From positions 1 through 54,549 of the forward strand of contig JAFYLR010000034.1 of NCBI GenBank assembly GCA_017550115.1: a DNA stretch of 54,549 bases, read 5' to 3'. Positions 47,316-54,549 of the stretch are shown here, in pieces (the first letter of the stretch is position 1; every line of letters starts with the position of its first letter). The position numbers and the translations under genes were made by a program. The stretch comes from Clostridia bacterium (GTDB lineage: Bacteria > Bacillota > Clostridia > Oscillospirales > CAG-272). The notes beneath the pieces are model-generated. The model was not told the DNA's origin. It worked only from the letters and a program-made list of their open reading frames with translations, and did not search any database.

Positions 47316-49253
47316 TTAACGCTTTTTTTGTTTTTTACTTTTGGTATTTGAAGAACTGCCCTTTTTTGCTTGGGTTTTACGAGAAGAGGGGCGTTCTCCG
47401 TCTTTTCTTTTTGGGTTTGACCCCAGCGGTCTGATAAGACATTCACCGCCAAAGCCGATAAGGTCTTCTCTTTTGGCTTCTCGCAAAGCTTCTGCAACGA
47501 GAGGCGCATTATCCTTTCGGTTAAACTGAAGAAGAGCGCGTTGCAGCTGCTTTTCTTTGTAATCTGTTGCAACATACACCTTTTTGCTATCAAGCGGGTT
47601 TATTCCCGTATAATACATGACGGTTGACGCTGTTCCGGGAGTTGGGTAAAAGTCCTGTACCTGCTCGGGAGCATAGCTGTCACGCTTCAGGCATACCGCC
47701 AACTGCACCGCATCGGCAAGACGCGAGCCCGGGTGGCTTGACATAAGGTACGGCACGAGATATTGCTCTTTTCCGAAGCTTTTTGTAAGCTCGAAAAAGC
47801 GACGGCGGAATTTTTCGTAAACGTCGAAATCGGGCTTGCCCATTTGCCTTAGAACCGCAGACGAGCAATGCTCGGGTGCGACCTTGAGCTGACCGCTTAC
47901 GTTGTCTTTCACGAGTTTTTTGAAGAATCTTTCGTCCTTATCGTACATCACGTAGTCAAATCTGATGCCCGAGCGAATAAAGACCTTTTTGACGCCCTCT
48001 ACCCTCTCGACCTCCTCTATCAAACGAATGTATTCCGAGTGGTCGACCTTCAAGTTTGGACAGGGGGTGGGTGCGAGACATTTTCTACTTGCGCAAACGC
48101 CGTCCTTTAGCTGCTTGTCGCAGGCGGGATAACGGAAGTTTGCCGTTGGGCCTCCAACGTCGTGAATATACCCCTTAAAGTCGGGCAAACGCACTATTTT
48201 CTTAACTTCCTCGACTACACTCTCGATGCTTCTTGAACGCACGGTGCGTCCCTGATGGAAAGCAAGAGCACAGAAGTTACAAGCACCAAAGCACCCTCGG
48301 TTGTGCGTGACCGAAAATCGCACTTCCTCGATTGCGGGAACGCCCCCCTCGGCTTCATATGATGGGTGATATGTCCGCATATACGGAAGTGCATATACCC
48401 TGTCAAGCTCGTCTCTCTCAAGCGGAGGCATAGGTGGATTTTGAACCAGCATCTTTTCATCATAGATCTCAACTATCGCCTTACCGCCAATAGAATCCTG
48501 ATTTTTATACTGCACCCCGAACGCTTCAGCATATTTCTTTTTGTCGGTCTTCAGCTCGTTATAATCGAAAGTGACAGCAACGGGAAAATGTATTTTTTCG
48601 TCCTTTTTTGCGAGATATACAGTTCCTTTCACGTCCCGTATCTTCTTTATCGGAACACCTTTTGAGAGAAGAGTCGCAATACGCAGGATTATATTCTCTC
48701 CCATGCCGTAAGTAAGCATATCGGCACGTGAGTCAACAAGCACCGAGCGACGAACCTTGTTATCCCAATAGTCGTAATGGGCAAAACGCCTCAGCGATGC
48801 TTCAAGACCGCCGAGGATTATCGGCACGTCACCGTATGCTTCGCGTATTCTGTTACAATAAACAATCGTTGCCCTGTCGGGACGCTTCCCCATTTTTCCG
48901 CCTGCAGAATAGTAGTCGTAAGAACGCTTTTTCTTTGCGGCGGTGTAATGAGCGACCATAGAATCTATATTTCCCGCCGTGACGAGAAATCCAAGACGAG
49001 GTCTGCCAAAGGTTTTGAAATCCTCACAGTTTTTGTAATCGGGCTGAGAAAGGATCGCAACTCTGTAGCCTGCACTCTCAAGAACTCTGGATATTATAGA
49101 CACGCCAAAGGACGGGTGGTCAACATACGCATCACCCGTTACGTAAACAAAATCCGGAGCGTCCCAGCCTCGCTCGTCCATCTCTTGTCTGGAGAGGGGT
49201 AAAAAGAGCATATCTTTCTCGGGAAAAGGCTTTTTTTCGGTTGAGTTCTTCAT
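47316..49253 (-). CDS. ygiQ: YgiQ family radical SAM protein (UPF0313)
   Basis: GDAYVDHPSFG, EASLRRFAHYDYW, CFGACNFC, GQLKVAPEH and QVQDFYPTP motifs. Confidence 0.93.
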   Translation of the reverse strand: MKNSTEKKPFPEKDMLFLPLSRQEMDERGWDAPDFVYVTGDAYVDHPSFGVSIISRVLESAGYRVAILSQPDYKNCEDFKTFGRPRLGFLVTAGNIDSMVAHYTAAKKKRSYDYYSAGGKMGKRPDRATIVYCNRIREAYGDVPIILGGLEASLRRFAHYDYWDNKVRRSVLVDSRADMLTYGMGENIILRIATLLSKGVPIKKIRDVKGTVYLAKKDEKIHFPVAVTFDYNELKTDKKKYAEAFGVQYKNQDSIGGKAIVEIYDEKMLVQNPPMPPLERDELDRVYALPYMRTYHPSYEAEGGVPAIEEVRFSVTHNRGCFGACNFCALAFHQGRTVRSRSIESVVEEVKKIVRLPDFKGYIHDVGGPTANFRYPACDKQLKDGVCASRKCLAPTPCPNLKVDHSEYIRLIEEVERVEGVKKVFIRSGIRFDYVMYDKDERFFKKLVKDNVSGQLKVAPEHCSSAVLRQMGKPDFDVYEKFRRRFFELTKSFGKEQYLVPYLMSSHPGSRLADAVQLAVCLKRDSYAPEQVQDFYPTPGTASTVMYYTGINPLDSKKVYVATDYKEKQLQRALLQFNRKDNAPLVAEALREAKREDLIGFGGECLIRPLGSNPKRKDGERPSSRKTQAKKGSSSNTKSKKQKKR

Positions 49254-49308
49254 TTAATTTCCTTTCTTTTGCACGATTCACATAAAACAAAATCAAAAAA
49301 CACGTTCT

Positions 49309-51486
49309 TTATGAAAGAGCTTCTGTTTTGAACATATTCTCGACAGCTTTTCGTGTTTCGGGATGCTCTGAGAGGTCGCCATCTGACGAGATAAGCTCCC
49401 TCGCACAGCGAAAAGCACTCTTGAGAAGCTCGGTATCGTTACACATATCTGCAAGACGGAACCGAAGCTCTCCGCTTTGACGTATTCCGTTTGCTCCTAA
49501 AGTTCCAAGGAAATCTCCGGGACCTCGGATAGCCAAGTCCTTCTCGGCAATGGTAAAGCCGTCATAGGTAGTCTTCATCGTCTCAAGTCGCTTTCTCGCC
49601 GACTCGCCTTTGCTCTCAGACACAAGAACGCAATAGCTCTTTCGAGTCCCTCTTCCGACTCTGCCTCGGAGCTGATGAAGCTGTGAAAGACCGAACCTCT
49701 CGGCATTCTCAACTATCATAAGAGAGGCGCGGGGAACGTTCACCCCTACCTCAATGACGGTGGTTGACACAAGAACGTCTATCTCTCCCGAGGAGAACGC
49801 TTCCATTACCGCATCCTTCTCCGCCGCTTTCATTTTTCCGTGAACAAAAGCGATTTTTTTGTCAGGGAAAATGTCTTTTAGCTCAGACGTGTATTTTACT
49901 GCACTTTTGAGAGGCGGCGTTTCCTTTTTGGTGTCAAAAAGAGTAAGCATTCCAATGTTTCTTATATCTATTTCACCTTCGGACAGAGCGTCGTCCTCTT
50001 CTTCTTTTTCTTCTATTGCGGGGCAGACGACATAGACCTGTCCGCCATCGTCTGTGATCTTCTGTATAAACGCGTTAAGACGGGTGCGATAAGCTTCATC
50101 TACGGCAAAGGTGTCAACACGTTGTCTGCCCGGAGGCAACTCGTCTATAAGTGAAAGGTCGAGATCGCCGTATAAGGTAAGGGCGAGAGATCTCGGTATC
50201 GGCGTTGCACTCATGACGAGCGTATGCGTGTGAGATCCTTTTTCGGAGAGGGCTTCTCTCTGACGTACGCCGAAGCGGTGCTGCTCGTCGGTGACCACAA
50301 GTCCAAGGTCGGAGAAACAAACGCCCTCGCTTATGAGTGCGTGTGTGCCTATTACTATGTCGGTACGCTTTTCGGGTGCTTTTTCCGAAATTGATGCATA
50401 TATTGCTTTTTTCTGAGAGGCACTGCAGGAGCCTGTGAGCAGCTTTACCTTTATGCCAAGCTTTGAAAATAAAGGCTCAAGGTCGCAAAAATGCTGATTT
50501 GCCAATATTTCGGTCGGCACCATAAGAGCCGCCTGCTTCCCGCTTTTTACAGCTATAAGCATCGCCGCCGCAGCACAAATCGTCTTGCCGCAGCCGACGT
50601 CGCCAACAAGGATACGGTGCATAGGCACCTCTCTTGCCATATCCCTTGAGATTTCTTCTATCGCACGGCTCTGTGCCCCCGTCAGCTTATACGGTAACAG
50701 AGCGATCAAATCCGAGATGTCGTTTTCCGAGCAGATCGAAGCACCTTTATCTTCTCTTGAAGTGCGTCCGAGAGAAAGACCGAGGGCAAACAAGAAAAAC
50801 TCCTCAAAGATCAGTCTCTTTTTCGCGGCTTCAAGTGCCGTCATTGAGGTGGGAGCGTGTATATTTTTCATAGCAGAGGAAGCGGGGCAAAGCTCGTTTG
50901 CCACAAGCACTTCCCTCGGTATAATATCGGCTGAGAGAGAGGTCGAGTAGAGCGAAAGAGCTTCGTGTACCGTGCGGGACACGGTGCTCTGCGTAAGTCC
51001 TTCGGTCAAGGGGTATATCGGAACGAGAGGGGGAAGCTCATAAACGCTTTCTCTTATAGGCTCACATACGGGAGATGAAAGAGAAAAAACGTCCTTTCCA
51101 GATGCGGTCTTTTTTCGCTCTATTCTGCCGTAAAACCGATAAGTTTCCCCGATACGTATCTTGTCCGCAAGATAATCCTGATTGAAATAGGTTATCTCCG
51201 CCGTTGCGCTGTCGTCATAAGCACGGAATTTCAGAAGAGACATACCTCGTCTTATCAGAGCCTTTTTGGGCGATGTGGCAACGGTAAGACAAAGAGCTGT
51301 CTTTTCCCCGTCTGTGCTTTCCATAAGCTGTCGAATATTGCCTCTGTCCTCATAGGCGCGCGGATAAAAACGCAGAAGATCATCTACCGTTTTTACGCCA
51401 AGCTTTGCAAAAGCCGCGGCACGTGCGGGACCTACACCGTTAAGTGTTTTTATATTCTCAGAACCATCGTAACTCAAACCACGCAC
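49309..51486 (-). CDS. recG: ATP-dependent DNA helicase RecG
   Basis: Wedge domain; GDVGCGKT, DEQHRFG, MSATPIPR, TTVIEVGV, QLHQLRGRVGR and RGPGD motifs; GTG start behind GGAG. Confidence 0.97.
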   Translation of the reverse strand: MRGLSYDGSENIKTLNGVGPARAAAFAKLGVKTVDDLLRFYPRAYEDRGNIRQLMESTDGEKTALCLTVATSPKKALIRRGMSLLKFRAYDDSATAEITYFNQDYLADKIRIGETYRFYGRIERKKTASGKDVFSLSSPVCEPIRESVYELPPLVPIYPLTEGLTQSTVSRTVHEALSLYSTSLSADIIPREVLVANELCPASSAMKNIHAPTSMTALEAAKKRLIFEEFFLFALGLSLGRTSREDKGASICSENDISDLIALLPYKLTGAQSRAIEEISRDMAREVPMHRILVGDVGCGKTICAAAAMLIAVKSGKQAALMVPTEILANQHFCDLEPLFSKLGIKVKLLTGSCSASQKKAIYASISEKAPEKRTDIVIGTHALISEGVCFSDLGLVVTDEQHRFGVRQREALSEKGSHTHTLVMSATPIPRSLALTLYGDLDLSLIDELPPGRQRVDTFAVDEAYRTRLNAFIQKITDDGGQVYVVCPAIEEKEEEDDALSEGEIDIRNIGMLTLFDTKKETPPLKSAVKYTSELKDIFPDKKIAFVHGKMKAAEKDAVMEAFSSGEIDVLVSTTVIEVGVNVPRASLMIVENAERFGLSQLHQLRGRVGRGTRKSYCVLVSESKGESARKRLETMKTTYDGFTIAEKDLAIRGPGDFLGTLGANGIRQSGELRFRLADMCNDTELLKSAFRCARELISSDGDLSEHPETRKAVENMFKTEALS

Positions 51487-51518
51487 CTCCCGAAGTTTTC
51501 AACATATCTTTAGATAAC

Positions 51519-51547
51519 ATTATATCTTTTAATACGTTTTCTGTCAA
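51519..51547 (-). promoter_or_regulatory. sigma-A promoter of recG(-ygiQ)
   Basis: Minus strand TTGACA-17 bp-TATAAT. Confidence 0.85.
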
Positions 51548-51590
51548 GCACACTCTTGCCTAGGACAGCCTGTAAATTTCTATATCGGCA

Positions 51591-51691
51591 TTGACTTTTA
51601 CAGAAAAATATGTTAAAATTATCATACAGTTCATAGTCTTTAACTAAAAAACTTTGATTTGAACTAAAAACACCCGAAAGGAATAATAATC
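51591..51691 (+). repeat. Promoter plus leader, copy 1 (duplicated at 53853-53952)
   Basis: TTGACT-17-TAAAAT followed by a leader ending CCCGAAAGGA; colinear with copy 2. Confidence 0.85.
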
Positions 51692-53755
51692 ATGAAAAAA
51701 CATTTACGCTTTTTATCGCTAATTCTCGTTTTAGTGATGCTCGCACTTCCGCTTGTATCATGTACGAAAACCGGAACAGGTGCTGGAACCGATACCGCCA
51801 CAGAAACGGTTGGCGGAACATCAATGGAGACCGAATTGGATGCGGGAGACGACACAAAAGCTCCTGACACCGAAGCTGCCGACGACGGCAAGATATATAC
51901 AACGATAATTCAGAACATCGCAGAGTACGTAATCGTTGTACCGGAAGATGCGTCGGAAGCAATCTCAGAGGTCGTTGAAGATCTTAATAAGGCTATCAAG
52001 AAAGAAGTCGGAGCAGAATTGACCGTTGTGACAAGCTCGACAGAGGAAGCTACATATGAGATACTTGTCGGCAATATTTCCCGCAAGGAAAGCGAAAATG
52101 CGACAAGCAAGCTTCGTACAAAGGACTATGTAGTTAAGCTCGACGGCAACAAGCTCGTTATGGCGGGCGGTAACGAAGAGGCTCTCATAGATGCCGTTAA
52201 CGAATTTAAGAATAATTTCATCGTTGCGGGAATGGTTCTCGCACCTACGGGCAGAGGTCTTGCATATAAGTATGATTACAGATTTGAGAGCGTAAGCATA
52301 AACGGCAAGTCTATTACCGAGTATAAGATATACTCGACAAACGAAGAATGCTCAGAGCGTTTGGCGAAGAACGTTTTTGAAAAATTCAGCGACGAGACCG
52401 TTGAAGTTGCAACAGAAATGAAAGCGGGCGAAGGACAGTATATCGTACTCGATCCCCAGAGCATGAACTATACGCACTATAAAGCAGAGCTTCGTGATGG
52501 CAACCTTTACGTTTCGGGCTCTTACAAATCTTGTTATGAATTCCTTGACTATTTTGCAAAGCAGGGCGTAAAGAACGTTGATATAACAGAGGGCTTTGAG
52601 GGTGACATTGACAGACCCGAGCTCTATACAAAAGAAGAGCTTATGTACGTTCTTGAAAAGGCGTATAACACTCAGGACAGATTGATTATCGGTCAGGAAA
52701 TATACGTAGCATTGAAGACTCCGTATAAGGGATCTATAGATCTCTTCTATGAAGCGACCGGCGAATATCCGGGTATTGTCGGAACAGACCTTTCATGGGC
52801 GGGGCTCCGTATGTATGAGCCTGCTTATTCATATGACCTTGCAACAGATGAGCTCAAGAGTCAGGTATTCTGCGAAATGGTAGAATATGCTGAGAAGGGC
52901 GGTATCTTTACCGTCGGCTCACACTTTGCAAACCCCAACGTTGAGGGAACGGCTCACCTGGATGCAAAGAACGAATGCAGAGGCTTTTTGGGTAAGGACG
53001 ATGCTTTTGCGGCTGTAATCACTCCCGGCACAGCTCTTAACAATAACTTTATGGCAGAGCTTGAGCTTTGTATTGAGTACTTGCAGGCTATGCAGGAGAT
53101 AGGACTTACTGTAATTTACCGCCCGTTCCATGAAATGAACGCACCTTATTTCTGGTGGGGCTTGGATCAGGCTTGGGCAGACGGATCAAAATACAGAATA
53201 CAAAACGAGTCTTTCATCAATCTTTGGAAATATCTCCATAACGTGTATGACGACGCAGGTCTTGACAATCTTATATGGCAGTATTGCCCCGATGTTTCTT
53301 ACATCGGCAACTTGGAAGCCTACCCAGGCGATGATTATTGTGACATCGTTGGAAGCGACTGGTACACAACCGGAGGATCGGGTAAGATCGAGGTCATGGA
53401 GAACGGTACAGTAAGACCTCTTGCAAGTCTTATGAAGACAGGCAAAGTGGTTGGATTGGCAGAAGTTGGTAACTGGACTACAGAATACTACTACGGCGAA
53501 AAGAGCGAAGAAGAGATAGCAAGAATCAAGGAAGCTCAGCTCGAGCTGTTCAACGGTATGGATCTCACTCAGAATTTACGTACTATTCTTGATAATGGTT
53601 ATCAGTTGGCTTACGCTATGACCTGGACGCAACAGCATTCGTTTGAGTACCTCGGAAAAGGACGTGAGGCTATGAAGACGGGCATATATATCTGCCGCGA
53701 CGAGCTTGTCGATTGGTTTGCAGAGGCTCGTGCAACTCTCAGAGGTAATGAATAA
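51692..53755 (+). CDS. GH26 (beta-mannanase-like) lipoprotein with N-terminal GH20-domain-2-like modules
   Basis: LVSC lipobox, T/G/D/E linker, EYVIV...YEILVG...YVVKLDGNKLV module; IYRPFHEMN, FWWG, YPGDDYCDIVGSDWY and GLAEVG motifs. Confidence 0.85.
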   Translation: MKKHLRFLSLILVLVMLALPLVSCTKTGTGAGTDTATETVGGTSMETELDAGDDTKAPDTEAADDGKIYTTIIQNIAEYVIVVPEDASEAISEVVEDLNKAIKKEVGAELTVVTSSTEEATYEILVGNISRKESENATSKLRTKDYVVKLDGNKLVMAGGNEEALIDAVNEFKNNFIVAGMVLAPTGRGLAYKYDYRFESVSINGKSITEYKIYSTNEECSERLAKNVFEKFSDETVEVATEMKAGEGQYIVLDPQSMNYTHYKAELRDGNLYVSGSYKSCYEFLDYFAKQGVKNVDITEGFEGDIDRPELYTKEELMYVLEKAYNTQDRLIIGQEIYVALKTPYKGSIDLFYEATGEYPGIVGTDLSWAGLRMYEPAYSYDLATDELKSQVFCEMVEYAEKGGIFTVGSHFANPNVEGTAHLDAKNECRGFLGKDDAFAAVITPGTALNNNFMAELELCIEYLQAMQEIGLTVIYRPFHEMNAPYFWWGLDQAWADGSKYRIQNESFINLWKYLHNVYDDAGLDNLIWQYCPDVSYIGNLEAYPGDDYCDIVGSDWYTTGGSGKIEVMENGTVRPLASLMKTGKVVGLAEVGNWTTEYYYGEKSEEEIARIKEAQLELFNGMDLTQNLRTILDNGYQLAYAMTWTQQHSFEYLGKGREAMKTGIYICRDELVDWFAEARATLRGNE

Positions 53756-53852
53756 AACGATTTTTATTTAAAAAACACAACCGGTTTATTTTTGTTTTTG
53801 GATTAAGTTTGAGCCTACTCCTTTGAAAAACAAAACATTTTACTTTATAGTA

Positions 53853-53952
53853 TTGACTTTTGAACAAAAAGATGTTAAAATTGTCGTACAATTCATCGCC
53901 TTTGACTAAAAGGCCTCGATTTGAACGAAAAAACCCGAAAGGAACAAAATTC
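53853..53952 (+). repeat. Promoter plus leader, copy 2
   Basis: TTGACT-17-TAAAAT ... TTTGAAC...CCCGAAAGGA, homologous to 51591-51691. Confidence 0.85.
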
Positions 53953-54549
53953 ATGAAGAAACATTTACGTTTTTTGTCTCTTGTCCTTGTTTTGGTGATG
54001 ATAGCACTTCCTCTTGTATCATGCACAAAGACAGGAACAAGCACAGACACCGAAACAGTTGCAGGAACAAATGAAGGTCCTGCAAAGGACACGCAAAACG
54101 ATGCGGCTAAAGATACTGAAGCTGCAGGTCCTGAGCAGATCTATACAACAATTCTTTCGAACATCGCAGAATACGTTGTAGTACGTCCTGACATCGTTTC
54201 TGACGATCTTAAAGCCAGCATCGACGATCTGATGAAGAAAATCAAAAAAGAAACCAAGGCCGAGCTTGAGATGGCAACTGAATATGACGTTAAAGTTGAG
54301 TACGAGATACTTATAGGCGACCTGGCACGTAACGACAGTAAGGCTGTTAACGACAAGCTCCGTTATAATGACTATGTAGTTAAGCTTGTCGGAAACAAGC
54401 TTATCATAGCGGGCGGTTGCGAGGAGAAGCTTTTGACAGCGATCGATGAATTCAAAAACAATTTCATCGTTGCGGGAATGGTCCTCGCTCCTACAGGTAA
54501 GGGTATTGCATATGAGTATGATTACAGCTTTGACAGCATAAGCATAAAC
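53953..54549 (+). CDS. Tandem paralog of the 51692-53755 lipoprotein (partial, truncated by the window end; absent from the ORF track)
   Basis: MKKHLRFLSLVLVLVMIALPLVSCTKTG... open for 199 codons to the window end and colinear with the N-terminus of the upstream gene; catalytic domain not visible. Confidence 0.9.
   Translation, partial: MKKHLRFLSLVLVLVMIALPLVSCTKTGTSTDTETVAGTNEGPAKDTQNDAAKDTEAAGPEQIYTTILSNIAEYVVVRPDIVSDDLKASIDDLMKKIKKETKAELEMATEYDVKVEYEILIGDLARNDSKAVNDKLRYNDYVVKLVGNKLIIAGGCEEKLLTAIDEFKNNFIVAGMVLAPTGKGIAYEYDYSFDSISIN

Noticed and set aside
43835-53755. Possible invertible segment (rny-ygiQ-recG) flanked by oppositely oriented GH26 paralogs
   Set aside because: The paralogs differ at many synonymous sites, the longest identical run I saw is about 28 bp, and there is no recombinase gene or terminal inverted repeat. 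Nothing supports programmed inversion.

Overview
This window is the chromosomal replication-origin region of a Firmicute, most likely a spore-forming Clostridia of the gut/rumen Oscillospirales/Eubacteriales type (inferred from gene content and sigma-A promoters). The core is gyrA-gyrB-remB-recF-dnaN-[oriC]-dnaA on the minus strand, and rarA-mnmG-rsmG, an inverted noc, and soj/parA-spo0J/parB-serS mostly on the plus strand. Three parS sites and a clear DnaA-box/DnaA-trio unwinding element are visible. The left arm has tRNA-Thr/tRNA-Tyr, trxA, ECF S components, ymdB, a heterodimeric ABC exporter, a Cys-rich spore-coat-like gene and asnA-trpB-glnA(III). The right arm has a MORN-repeat gene, rbsK, tRNA-Arg, a U32 protein, uppP, comM, rny, ygiQ, recG and a three-member paralog family (two with GH26 domains, one truncated at the window end). 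I found no CRISPR array, integrase, transposase or phage genes, and no clear-cut new multi-gene system. The best leads are: (i) a rewired origin, with rarA in place of the rpmH-rnpA-yidC-jag-mnmE block, no yaaA, a parS in the rarA leader and a flipped, N-terminally extended noc; (ii) a gyrase lacking the canonical quinolone-contact residues; (iii) a multi-branch RNA-like structure in the rny 3' region; (iv) the modular GH26 family with a duplicated promoter/leader showing covariation; and (v) a near-perfect inverted copy of the tRNA-Tyr 3' end at the window edge. All family assignments come from motif recognition by eye, not database searches.
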